DNA from: Plasmodiophora brassicae
Lineage: Eukaryota
Reading direction: 5' to 3'
Length of the DNA stretch: 64,000 nucleotides
Assembly (NCBI GenBank): GCA_036867785.1
Contig: CP145419.1
Span: 310,001-374,000, forward strand
Numbering within the stretch: the stretch's first letter is position 1; each line of letters opens with the position of its first letter. Position numbers and translations under genes: made by a program. The notes beneath the pieces are model-generated. The model was not told the origin of the DNA and did no database searches. It saw only the letters and a list, made by a program, of their open reading frames with translations. Below, piece by piece: positions 22,216-33,634 of the stretch.

Positions 22216-24575
22216 ATGAGGACGTCTACGAAACTATTGCTATGCATTGGTAGGCCATCCTCGTACGACAGACATGACAGCGTCTGACCAAATGCCCGGG
22301 TTCAGTCGTCGCTGTCGCCGTTATGGCTCTCGTTGAATCAACGGCGCCGGTCACCACACGGCGGCCAACAACACGCAAGCCGACGACGCGCAAGCCGACA
22401 ACGCGCAAGCCGACGACGCGCAAGCCGACAACGCGCAAGCCGACGACGCGCAAGCCGACAACTCGCAAACCGACGACGCGCAAGCCGACAACTCGCAAAC
22501 CAACGACGCGTAAGCCGACGACCCACAAGCCAGTGACGACGCGCAAGCCGACAACTCGTAAACCAACGACACGCAAGCCGACGACCCGCAAGCCAGTAAC
22601 AACTCGCAAGCCGACGACGCGCAAACCAACGACTCGCAAACCAACGACTCGCAAGCCCACGACTCGCAAGCCCACGACTCGCAAGCCCACGACTCGCAAG
22701 CCCACGACACGAAAGCCGACCACACGAAAGCCGACAACTCGCAAGCCGACGACACGTAAGCCGACAACACGTAAACCGACAACACGCAAACCGACAACGC
22801 GCAAGCCGACAACTCGCAAACCAACGACGCGCAAGCCGACGACGCGCAAGGCAGTAACAACGCGTAAGCCAACGACTCGCAAGCCAACCACCCGCAAGCC
22901 GACGACTCGCAAGCCGACCACTGGCAAGAAGGTAACCACTCGCAAGCCGACGACCGGCAAGAAGGCCACGACTCGCAAGCCGACGACTCGCAAGCCAACC
23001 ACCGCCAAGAAGGTCACCACTCGCAAGCCGACGACTCGCAAGCCAACGACTGCCAAGAAGGTCACGACTCGTAAGCCAACCACCGGCAAGAAGGTCACGA
23101 CACGCAAACCTACGACAGGCAAGAAGGTAACGACTCGCAAGCCGACGACTCGCAAGCCAACCACCGCCAAGAAGGTCACGACACGCAAGCCAACCACCGG
23201 CAAGAAGGTTACGACGCGCAAACCTACGACCGGCAAGAAGGTCACGACACGCAAGCCAACGACCGGCAAGAAGGTCACGACACGCAAGCCGACGACCGGC
23301 AAGAAGGTCACGACACGCAAGCCAACGACCGGCAAGAAGGTCACGACACGCAAGCCAACGACCGGCAAGAAGGTCACGACACGCAAGCCGACGACCGGCA
23401 AGAAGGTCACGACACGCAAGCCAACGACCGGCAAGAAGGTCACGACACGCAAGCCAACGACCGGCAAGAAGATCACGACACGCAAGCCGACGACCGGCAA
23501 GAAGGTCTCGACGCGCAAGCCGACGACCGGCAAGAAGGTCTCGACGCGCAAGCCGACCACCGGCAAGAAGGTCTCGACGCGCAAGCCGACCACCGGCAAG
23601 AAGGTCTCGACTCGCAAGCCAACCACCGGCAAGAAGGTCTCGACACGCAAGCCAACGACCGGCAAGAAGATGTCGACACGCAAGCCAACCACCGGCAAGA
23701 AGGTGTCGACACGCAAGCCAACCACCGGCAAGAAGGTGTCGACTCGCAAGCCAACCACCGGCAAGAAGCGCACAACTCGCAAGCCGACCACGAACACGAA
23801 AAAGGGCACGACGAGGATGCCGTCGAACAAGATGATGACATCGTCGGTCGGACCGCAGCTGCGATGCCAGACCGGGTGGGTCGTCTACAACGCGAACTTC
23901 ACGTTCACGCAGGGATCGAATGGCCCCACCTTCATCCAGGCGATGCAGACCGGCACGGTCGGCCAGCTCAGCGCCCTGATCCAGATGAACAACGCGCCGT
24001 GGAACCCGACCGGTCCAACGTACGCCCACGTTCATGTCGGCATGTGTGGCAACGCGTCGACGCCGTCGGCCAACGGCGGCCACCTCAAGATCAACTCGTC
24101 GATCGCGGCAGCCATGCAGAACAACGAGTTCTGGTTCAACACGTCTGTGGCGAACCGCATCGCCCTAGACAAGCTGCCGACGATAACGATCCCGCTGATG
24201 CGGTCAGGCGTCATCGCCAACATGTCGCTGGCCAGGTCGATCGTACAGCACGACTCGAGCGGCGCCAAGCTCGCCTGCTGCAACCTGACGCCCTTCAAGC
24301 CGAGCACGACGGTGAAGCCTGCGCCGACCCCTGCATCTGCACCGACCCCTGCATCTGCACCGACTCCTGCGCCTACGCCTGCATCACCGTCGTCGCCGAC
24401 GCCAGCACCAACACCAGCGCCCACAGTAGCGCCTACCGCCGCGCCGACACCGGCACCTACTCCAGAACCTACACCGGCGCCGGCACCGACGCCTAAGGCC
24501 AGCGGTGCCAACACGCTGTACCACGCATCGACGCTTGTCGCTGTCCTGCCCGTTATGGCAGCGCTTTTCGTTTAA
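22216..24575 (+). CDS. TTRKP-repeat / Cu-SOD-like / PTPA GPI surface protein, copy 1 (long stalk)
   Basis: Exon 1 MRTSTKLLLCI plus intron 22250-22305 completes the signal peptide. About 500 aa of TTRKP and TTRKPTTGKKV repeats. Domain with AHVH, GGH, RSIVQH and LACC. PTPA linker and hydrophobic C-terminus. Confidence 0.88.
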
Positions 24576-24689
24576 GTGACGCCGATCACGATCCAGCCCA
24601 CAAGCGAGTCCTCTTGCGCGCCGAATGAATAAATCGTCCTTGGCGCGTTCCGCCTTCTATAATAAACTTTACTTTCTTCTGGGACCCTT

Positions 24690-24800
24690 CCCTGGAACAC
24701 TCGTGTCCTGTATTCGGTGCATCTCCCCCACGTACTTTGAAAGATGCTGACCAACGCTGGGCGAGCGCTCGGGTCCAGGGCCAAAAGTGTGGTCAGCAAT
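24690..24800 (-). pseudogene. Remnant of the 3' end of the neighbouring kinase gene (second copy at about 27804-27914)
   Basis: Encodes LLTTLLALDPSARPALVSIFQSTWGRCT, versus LLTTLLALDPSARPALVSIFRSTWARCT at the end of the intact kinase (about 30926-31015). Confidence 0.8.
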
Positions 24801-26253
24801 GCGAGCGGCATCCAAATCATATCATTCCAGCAGAACGCCGAGGCCGGCTTTGCCATGGGGTGTTGCCAGTGCGACCCTGTTCCTGTTTCGAAGGCAGCTG
24901 ACGTCGCTTCCCTATACCACAATGTGGACATATATATTGCACTGTGGAGAAGAGAGCCACGACACTATTCTACTACATCATTTGTATCACTCGTGCATTG
25001 GTACCAATGCAGACACCACCAGTGATATACATGTGATGTCGGCCGGGTACCTTGTGCGTGTACCACAAACGAAGCAGGCACATGTGCTGGGTATCGACTA
25101 TATGAACATGCTGGTGGATTATGAAGTAGAAGCAGCGCAGCACACAGAGGCCGGAATTGTGGGGATCACGTTGCTTCTCGACGAAATTGCCCAGGCTCGT
25201 GCATATTTTAGTGAACGGTTTTTCACCGAGACGATCTTAAACTCGTTTCCCCCAGGGCATCGCGGAACAACGAATCTTGTCCATGCATAACTGAAGGAGT
25301 TTTGCACGATACGAATCCCGCATCAGGGAGTCGTGTAGATACAATGTCCGTTTCCGCCTGTCATTCCACACCCGTGGACGTTTGGAATCTGCCACAGGTA
25401 AAAAGGCAGTGTCGAATATTGGCACGAGCAATATTGGTTACTGACATTAACGAGGAAGAGAATGCTGCCTTCGTACACACGGTTCTTCTCGAAACGTTCG
25501 GAAATGCCACGACCAGAATGAACGGACAGGCAGAGCGAGCTGATGCGTGCGAACGTTTTTCGCAAAGAATGTTGAACTAGACATTGATCCGGGACGATGA
25601 GCAAGTGTCATTCAACGTCGAACAATGGAATGTAAAAATTACTTACATGAAAGCCATTTTTCTTGCCGTATGTTTCCAGAAAATGTTTCACCTCGACATG
25701 GATGTCGAAGGTCATCGCTGGTACCGGAACCCAAGTGGTATCGTCATCGGAATGGTCATCCGCGGAGCCCATTTCGCCGCCATCGGAAGGGAGCTGGATC
25801 TATTCGATTGTTGGCGGTGCGCGCTGTCTTCCTGCACGTCTATGTCGCAGGGATCGTCTATGTCATAGGGATCGATCTCCGGAACATCAATTTTTTAGCC
25901 TGGACACTCAGGTAGCTCGCTAACTGCCCCGCCGAGATACGGTTCGCGAGAAAACACTGGACGTTCTCGCCGTCATTAGCCATTGCTGTCACCCCGGCAC
26001 CCGGTCGTTACGGCGCAGCCCGCTGCAGGGTTCCGGACTGAGCCGGTTGAGTTCAGTCGCCCCGCGGAACAACAAAAGGTTCCCCAGTCTGCCTCTGCAC
26101 GAACTGCGTGCCGTTACTGTGATGCGCATGGCGCCTTGAGCTGACCACTGCTCGGCAGCCCTTGTGTGCCGGTCGGCATTTCGAAAGACATCCGACCTCC
26201 AGCACCTCGCACGTTGGCGTCGTTGTCGCCCGGGATCCCGCGACGTCGACAGC

Positions 26254-27689
26254 ATGAACGCGTCTACGAAGCTATTGCTATGCATTGGTAGGCCCTTCTC
26301 GTCGTACGACTGACATGACAGCGCCTGACTAAATGCCCGGGTTCAGTCGTCGCTGCCGCCGTTATGGCTATCGTTGAATCAACGGCGCCGGTCACCACAC
26401 GGCGGCCAACGACACGCAAGCCGACGACCCGCAAGGCAGTAACGACTCGCAAGCCGACCACGCGCAAGCCGACAACTCGCAAACCAACGACTCGCAAGCC
26501 GACCACGCGGAAGCCGACGACGCGGAAGCCAACGACACGTAAACCGACAACGCGCAAACCGACAACGCGCAAGCCGACGACTCGCAAGCCGACGACACGC
26601 AAGCCGACGACCCGCAAGCCGACGACGCGCAAGCCGACCACCGGCAAGAAGGTCACGACACGCAAGCCAACCACCGGCAAGAAGCTCACGACGCGCAAGC
26701 CAACCACCGGCAAGAAGGTCACGACACGCAAGCCGACCACCGGCAAGAAGGTCACGACGCGCAAGCCAACCACCGGCAAGAAGGTCTCGACACGCAAGCC
26801 AACCACCGGCAAGAAGGTCTCGACACGCAAGCCAACCACCGGCAAGAAGGTGTCGACTCGCAAGCCAACCACCGGCAAGAAGCGCACAACTCGCAAGCCG
26901 ACCACGAACACGAAAAAGGGCACGACGAGGATGCCGTCGAACAAGATGATGACATCGTCGGTCGGACCGCAGCTGCGATGCCAGACCGGGTGGGTCGTCT
27001 ACAACGCGAACTTCACGTTCACGCAGGGATCGAATGGCCCCACCTTCATCCAGGCGATGCAGACCGGCACGGTCGGCCAGCTCAGCGCCCTGATCCAGAT
27101 GAACAACGCGCCGTGGAACCCGACCGGTCCAACGTACGCCCACGTTCATGTCGGCATGTGTGGCAACGCGTCGACGCCGTCGGCCAACGGCGGCCACCTC
27201 AAGATCAACTCGTCGATCGCGGCAGCCATGCAGAACAACGAGTTCTGGTTCAACACGTCTGTGGCGAACCGCATCGCCCTAGACAAGCTGCCGACGATAA
27301 CGATCCCGCTGATGCGGTCAGGCGTCATCGCCAACATGTCGCTGGCCAGGTCGATCGTACAGCACGACTCGAGCGGCGCCAAGCTCGCCTGCTGCAACCT
27401 GACGCCCTTCAAGCCGAGCACGACGGTGAAGCCTGCGCCGACCCCTGCATCTGCACCGACCCCTGCATCTGCACCGACTCCTGCGCCTACGCCTGCATCA
27501 CCGTCGTCGCCGACGCCAGCACCAACACCAGCGCCCACAGTAGCGCCTACCGCCGCGCCGACACCGGCACCTACTCCAGAACCTACACCGGCGCCGGCAC
27601 CGACGCCTAAGGCCAGCGGTGCCAACACGCTGTACCACGCATCGACGCTTGTCGCTGTCCTGCCCGTTATGGCAGCGCTTTTCGTTTAA
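26254..27689 (+). CDS. TTRKP-repeat / Cu-SOD-like GPI surface protein, copy 2 (chimeric)
   Basis: Exon 1 MNASTKLLLCI. The 5' half matches copy 3 and the 3' half matches copy 1. Confidence 0.88.
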
Positions 27690-29367
27690 GTGACGCCGAT
27701 CACGATCCAGCCCACAAGCGAGTCCTCTTGCGCGCCGAATGAATAAATCGTCCTTGGCGCGTTCCGCCTTCTATAATAAACTTTACTTTCTTCTGGGACC
27801 CTTCCCTGGAACACTCGTGTCCTGTATTCGGTGCATCTCCCCCACGTACTTTGAAAGATGCTGACCAACGCTGGGCGAGCGCTCGGGTCCAGGGCCAAAA
27901 GTGTGGTCAGCAATGCGAGCGGCATCCAAATCATATCATTCCAGCAGAACGCCGAGGCCGGCTTTGCCATGGGGTGTTGCCAGTGCGACCCTGTTCCTGT
28001 TTCGAAGGCAGCTGACGTCGCTTCCCTATACCACAATGTGGACATATATATTGCACTGTGGAGAAGAGAGCCACGACACTATTCTACTACATCATTTGTA
28101 TCACTCGTGCATTGGTACCAATGCAGACACCACCAGTGATATACATGTGATGTCGGCCGGGTACCTTGTGCGTGTACCACAAACGAAGCAGGCACATGTG
28201 CTGGGTATCGACTATATGAACATGCTGGTGGATTATGAAGTAGAAGCAGCGCAGCACACAGAGGCCGGAATTGTGGGGATCACGTTGCTTCTCGACGAAA
28301 TTGCCCAGGCTCGTGCATATTTTAGTGAACGGTTTTTCACCGAGACGATCTTAAACTCGTTTCCCCCAGGGCATCGCGGAACAACGAATCTTGTCCATGC
28401 ATAACTGAAGGAGTTTTGCACGATACGAATCCCGCATCAGGGAGTCGTGTAGATACAATGTCCGTTTCCGCCTGTCATTCCACACCCGTGGACGTTTGGA
28501 ATCTGCCACAGGTAAAAAGGCAGTGTCGAATATTGGCACGAGCAATATTGGTTACTGACATTAACGAGGAAGAGAATGCTGCCTTCGTACACACGGTTCT
28601 TCTCGAAACGTTCGGAAATGCCACGACCAGAATGAACGGACAGGCAGAGCGAGCTGATGCGTGCGAACGTTTTTCGCAAAGAATGTTGAACTAGACATTG
28701 ATCCGGGACGATGAGCAAGTGTCATTCAACGTCGAACAATGGAATGTAAAAATTACTTACATGAAAGCCATTTTTCTTGCCGTATGTTTCCAGAAAATGT
28801 TTCACCTCGACATGGATGTCGAAGGTCATCGCTGGTACCGGAACCCAAGTGGTATCGTCATCGGAATGGTCATCCGCGGAGCCCATTTCGCCGCCATCGG
28901 AAGGGAGCTGGATCTATTCGATTGTTGGCGGTGCGCGCTGTCTTCCTGCACGTCTATGTCGCAGGGATCGTCTATGTCATAGGGATCGATCTCCGGAACA
29001 TCAATTTTTTAGCCTGGACACTCAGGTAGCTCGCTAACTGCCCCGCCGAGATACGGTTCGCGAGAAAACACTGGACGTTCTCGCCGTCATTAGCCATTGC
29101 TGTCACCCCGGCACCCGGTCGTTACGGCGCAGCCCGCTGCAGGGTTCCGGACTGAGCCGGTTGAGTTCAGTCGCCCCGCGGAACAACAAAAGGTTCCCCA
29201 GTCTGCCTCTGCACGAACTGCGTGCCGTTACTGTGATGCGCATGGCGCCTTGAGCTGACCACTGCTCGGCAGCCCTTGTGTGCCGGTCGGCATTTCGAAA
29301 GACATCCGACCTCCAGCACCTCGCACGTTGGCGTCGTTGTCGCCCGGGATCCCGCGACGTCGACAGC

Positions 29368-30797
29368 ATGAACGCGTCTACGAAGCTATTGCTATGCATT
29401 GGTAGGCCCTTCTCGTCGTACGACTGACATGACAGCGCCTGACTAAATGCCCGGGTTCAGTCGTCGCTGCCGCCGTTATGGCTATCGTTGAATCAACGGC
29501 GCCGGTCACCACACGGCGGCCAACGACACGCAAGCCGACGACCCGCAAGGCAGTAACGACTCGCAAGCCGACCACGCGCAAGCCGACAACTCGCAAACCA
29601 ACGACTCGCAAGCCGACCACGCGGAAGCCGACGACGCGGAAGCCAACGACACGTAAACCGACAACGCGCAAACCGACAACGCGCAAGCCGACGACTCGCA
29701 AGCCGACGACACGCAAGCCGACGACCCGCAAGCCGACGACGCGCAAGCCGACCACCGGCAAGAAGGTCACGACACGCAAGCCAACCACCGGCAAGAAGCT
29801 CACGACGCGCAAGCCAACCACCGGCAAGAAGGTCACGACACGCAAGCCGACCACCGGCAAGAAGGTCACGACGCGCAAGCCAACCACCGGCAAGAAGGTC
29901 TCGACACGCAAGCCAACCACCGGCAAGAAGGTCTCGACACGCAAGCCAACCACCGGCAAGAAGGTGTCGACTCGCAAGCCAACCACCGGCAAGAAGCGCA
30001 CAACTCGCAAGCCGACCACGAACACGAAAAAGGGCACGACGAGGATGCCGTCGAACAAGATGATGACATCGTCGGTCGGAGCGCAGCTGCGATGCCAGAC
30101 CGGGTGGGTCGTCTACAACACGAACTTCACGTTCACGCAGGGATCGAACGGCCCCACCTTCATCCAGGCGATGCAGACCGGCACGGTCGGCCAGCTCAGC
30201 GCCCTGATCCAGATGAACAACGCGCCGTGGAACCCGGCCGGTCCAACGTACGCTCACGTTCATGTCGGCATGTGTGGCAACGCGTCGACGCCGTCGGCCA
30301 ACGGCGGCCACCTCAAGATCAACTCGTCGATCGCGGCAGCCATGCAGAGCAACGAGTTCTGGTTCAACACGTCTGTGGCGAACCGCATCGCCCTAGACAA
30401 GCTGCCGACGATAACGATCCCGCTGATGCGGTCAGGCGTCATCGCCAACATGTCGCTGGCCAGGTCGATCGTACAGCACGACTCGAGCGGCGCCAAGCTC
30501 GCCTGCTGCAACCTGACGCCCTTCAAGCCGAGCACGACGGTGAAGCCTGCGCCGACCCCTGCATCTGCACCGACCCCTGCATCTGCACCGACTCCTGCGC
30601 CTACGCCTGCATCACCGTCGTCGCCGACGCCAGCACCAACACCAGCGCCCACAGTAGCGCCGACCGCCGCGCCAACACCCGCGCCGACACCCGCACTTAC
30701 GCAGGAACCGCCGACCAAGATCAGCGGTGCCAACACCCTGTACCACGCATCGACTCTTGTCGCTGTCCTGCCCGTTATGGCAGCGCTTTTCGTTTAA
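29368..30797 (+). CDS. TTRKP-repeat / Cu-SOD-like GPI surface protein, copy 3
   Basis: Same architecture, with private substitutions (GAQL, YNTN, NPAG, MQSN) and a PALTQEPPTKIS linker. Confidence 0.88.
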
Positions 30798-30925
30798 GTG
30801 ACGCCGATCACGATCCAGCCCACAAGCGAGTCCTCTTGCGCGCCGAATGAATAAATCGTCCTTGGCGCGTTCCGTCTTCTATACTTTCTTCTGGGATCCC
30901 TTTCCCGGAACACTCGTGTCCTGTA

Positions 30926-32164
30926 TTACGTGCATCTGGCCCACGTACTTCGAAAGATGCTGACCAACGCTGGGCGAGCGCTCGGGTCCAGGGCCAACAG
31001 CGTCGTCAGCAACGTCGTCAGATCATTGGACACGTGTCGACGATGACAGGGGAATCGTAGCGCCATCGTTCGTACGAGTTCCTTCCAGGCGTCGTAGTGC
31101 TTGACAGGCGGGAAGGCGTGCTCGCCGAACACCATGTAGAAGAGCATGGCGCCTGCCGACCATATGTCCGCGTTGTCTCCTTTGTACAAGGGTACGTCGA
31201 AACCAGCTTCAGGAGCCTCGTAGGGCACAGTGCAAGGGCCAGATACCAGACCGCAGGGCGAATGCGTGCTCAGGCCGAAATCAACGACCTTGGGCGTCCC
31301 GTAGGCATTGAAGACGATGTTGTTCGGGTTAAGATCCCCATGGTAGATGTGGTGCCGATGGAGGAAAGCGAGTCCGCTGAGGACGGGCAACCAGATCGAG
31401 CGTGCGGCGCTCTCTGCCATTCCCGTCGATTGCTCCAAACGGTCGGTCAGGCACCCGCCGTCGAGGGATTCCATGACAATGGCTGGCCCTTCCGCCCCGA
31501 TGAGCACGTCCAGGACTTTGACAACGTTCGGGTGGATGTCGTTCTGATCCCGCAGGTACGCCATGATGGATGCTTCTCGGTTGGACGCGTTCGAGTGGGA
31601 TTGAAACTTGATGGCGACGTCGTCCTGGACCAGTTTGGCGAATCCCAACGTGCCCGCTGTGCGATGCTTGCGAACACCTTTCCATACTGTCCCGTATGAA
31701 CCGCTCCCGACAGGATGCCTTGCAATGTACTGCAGTGCGGGTTGAGCGACGAAAGGGTCACCATCGTCATGGCGGTCGTCTTGGACGGCAGCTGTTGATT
31801 GAGGAAGGACGGCAGCCTGCAATCCGCTTTCAGGCAGCGACGACCTGTCAGGACGGCCGGTGGCCAATGGTGCTGCAGATTGGTGCAGTTCTCTATCTGG
31901 GCAGCCCTCGCCCTGTGGGCGCCCTCTATCCAACACCGCTGATGGCTGATCAGCGGGCGTTTCATCGTGCAGTTCCTTGGACGAAGACATCGGTCCCTGA
32001 TATCAACACACAGTGAGCCTGTCGCCTGTAGTGCACAACGAAGCCGTTCGTACCACTCGTCGCGCCAGCCTGCGGTGCAGCAAGGTTTTGAGATTGAACG
32101 CATGAGCGCCGCCGAACGCGACGATCAGGATCACAACGAGCAGTCGCGGGCGTGATAGCGTCAT
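30926..32164 (-). CDS. Ser/Thr protein kinase (CAMK-like, non-RD) with predicted signal peptide
   Basis: GSGSYGTV, VAIK, HGDLNPNN, DFG, APE and DIWSAG. Upstream exon 32164-32054 joins in frame through a GT-AG intron at 32053-31997. Confidence 0.85.
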
Positions 32165-32493
32165 ATTCGTCAGTGGTTTTTCACAATGGCATTGACTAGG
32201 CAGATCCCGCCATGCCTACACCGCCGGTCTGCAGATCCATCCGTCAAGTGGTCCTGCCTGCTGAACCATAGTGCGTTGCGCCTTTTCTCGATGACTATAG
32301 CGCAGTGCCGCGGCCGCACACAAGATGCGGAGAACGGCGAATATTCTTCTCAGCAGGAACTGCGCGCCTCTACTTCCTGCGTGATTAGGTACCAAGCACC
32401 ATGTGCCAGACTGTGTACATGGTTTATAATGATGGGCGCGTTTATTGTGTGTATCCATCAAACTGGAGCGAAATCGTATGGGCGATGTCCGGT

Positions 32494-33209
32494 CTAAGCG
32501 ACAGCGAGGACAGGAACGAGAAGGGCCACAATCGCCATCGGGAATTGCTTCAGAGCACCGGAAGTGGGAGCCGGCGTCGGCGCCGCTGGTGTTGGAGCAG
32601 GGGCCGGTGTTGGAGCAGGGGCCGGTGTTGGAGCAGGGGCCGGTGTTGGGGCGGCCGGAGTTGGGGCTGGCGTTGGAGCAGAGGCCGGTGTCGACGCGTT
32701 GTAGACGGTGGTCGGCTTCTTCGTTGTGCCCTTCTTACCGGTGGTCGGTTTCGTCGACATGGTCTTGACGGTGGTCGGCTTCTTCGTCGACATTTTCTTG
32801 CCAGTCGTCGCCTTGCGCGCAACCGTTGACGGCTTCCTCGTTGTCACTTTCTTGGCTACCGTCGTCGGCTTCCTCGTTGTCACTTTCTTGGCTACCGTCG
32901 TCGGCTTTTTAGTCGTCATTTTCTTGGCCGTCGTTGGTTTCTTCGTCGTCGCCTTGTTGACCTTCGTTGTCGGCTTCTTTGTCGTCACCTTCTTGGCTGT
33001 TGTCGGCTTGCGCGTCGTTGGCTTTCTGGTTGTCGGCTTGCGCGTCGTCGGCTTCCTGGTGGTCGCCTTGCGCGTCGTCGCTGCGGCATCGATGACGGCA
33101 GCAATGAAAACGAGCGCCACTGTTGCGGAAGTCGTCAGACACAGCCTGGAATCAGTGGCGCAGCGATTCGGCGACCTAGAACGAGCAGGACCTTCGAGGA
33201 CAGCTTCAT
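32494..33209 (-). CDS. TTRKP/TTKKP + PTPA GPI surface protein lacking the SOD-like domain
   Basis: Exon 1 MKLSSKVLLVL, intron 33175-33120, then VALVFIAAVIDAA, repeats, a PAPTPA linker and a hydrophobic tail. Confidence 0.85.
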
Positions 33210-33634
33210 CGTCGCGCGGCAGGCAATCGATCAAACGACGATCGTGCAGTAACGCAACAAACAAGAATGAGTCGTCGAGTAGTTGGCGCTACGAACACCA
33301 CCACCACCACCCGTGCTGGCACTGGCTGACCCCACTGACCTGGAAACGTGGCCAACTTCACAAGAGCGCGCGCGTGCTCTGCAGCAGGGCAGCCGTGCAC
33401 CACTGACAGGTACCGACCGTTACAGGCATTCGCGCGCGCACCATGCCCACGCGGCCGTCACAGAGTCGCCCGAGCTACCTGCCCCAGCGAGAAGCTCGAC
33501 CCCGACCACCGCCCTCACAAACGAACATCACGACTATGGCGGTGGCCGTGGCCACAAACAACGATCCCGCACGTGGGCAACGTTCGTCACGTGTGCGCCC
33601 AATATTTTGGCGATCCGCTCGGCAGGTGGTGGCC

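Larger units (their letters stand above)
23700..30080 (+). repeat. Near-perfect tandem duplication, period 3114 bp
   Basis: Sequence and ORFs recur at an offset of exactly 3114 (24572/27686, 25302/28416, 26364/29478). Left edge approximate. Confidence 0.95.

Noticed and set aside
22360-23800. 15- and 33-nt tandem repeats resembling a CRISPR array or satellite
   Set aside because: No unique spacers; variation is synonymous in the coding frame; eukaryotic context.
22226-24083. Long antisense ORFs (VVGLR repeats, RRLA repeats) over the TTRKP genes, and their copies
   Set aside because: They are shadows of the repetitive sense CDS, which has a signal peptide, an intron and synonymous variation at third positions.
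24900-24931. TLWYRE resembling the CDK activation segment (VTLWYRAPE)
   Set aside because: No other kinase motifs in frame at the right spacing; likely chance.
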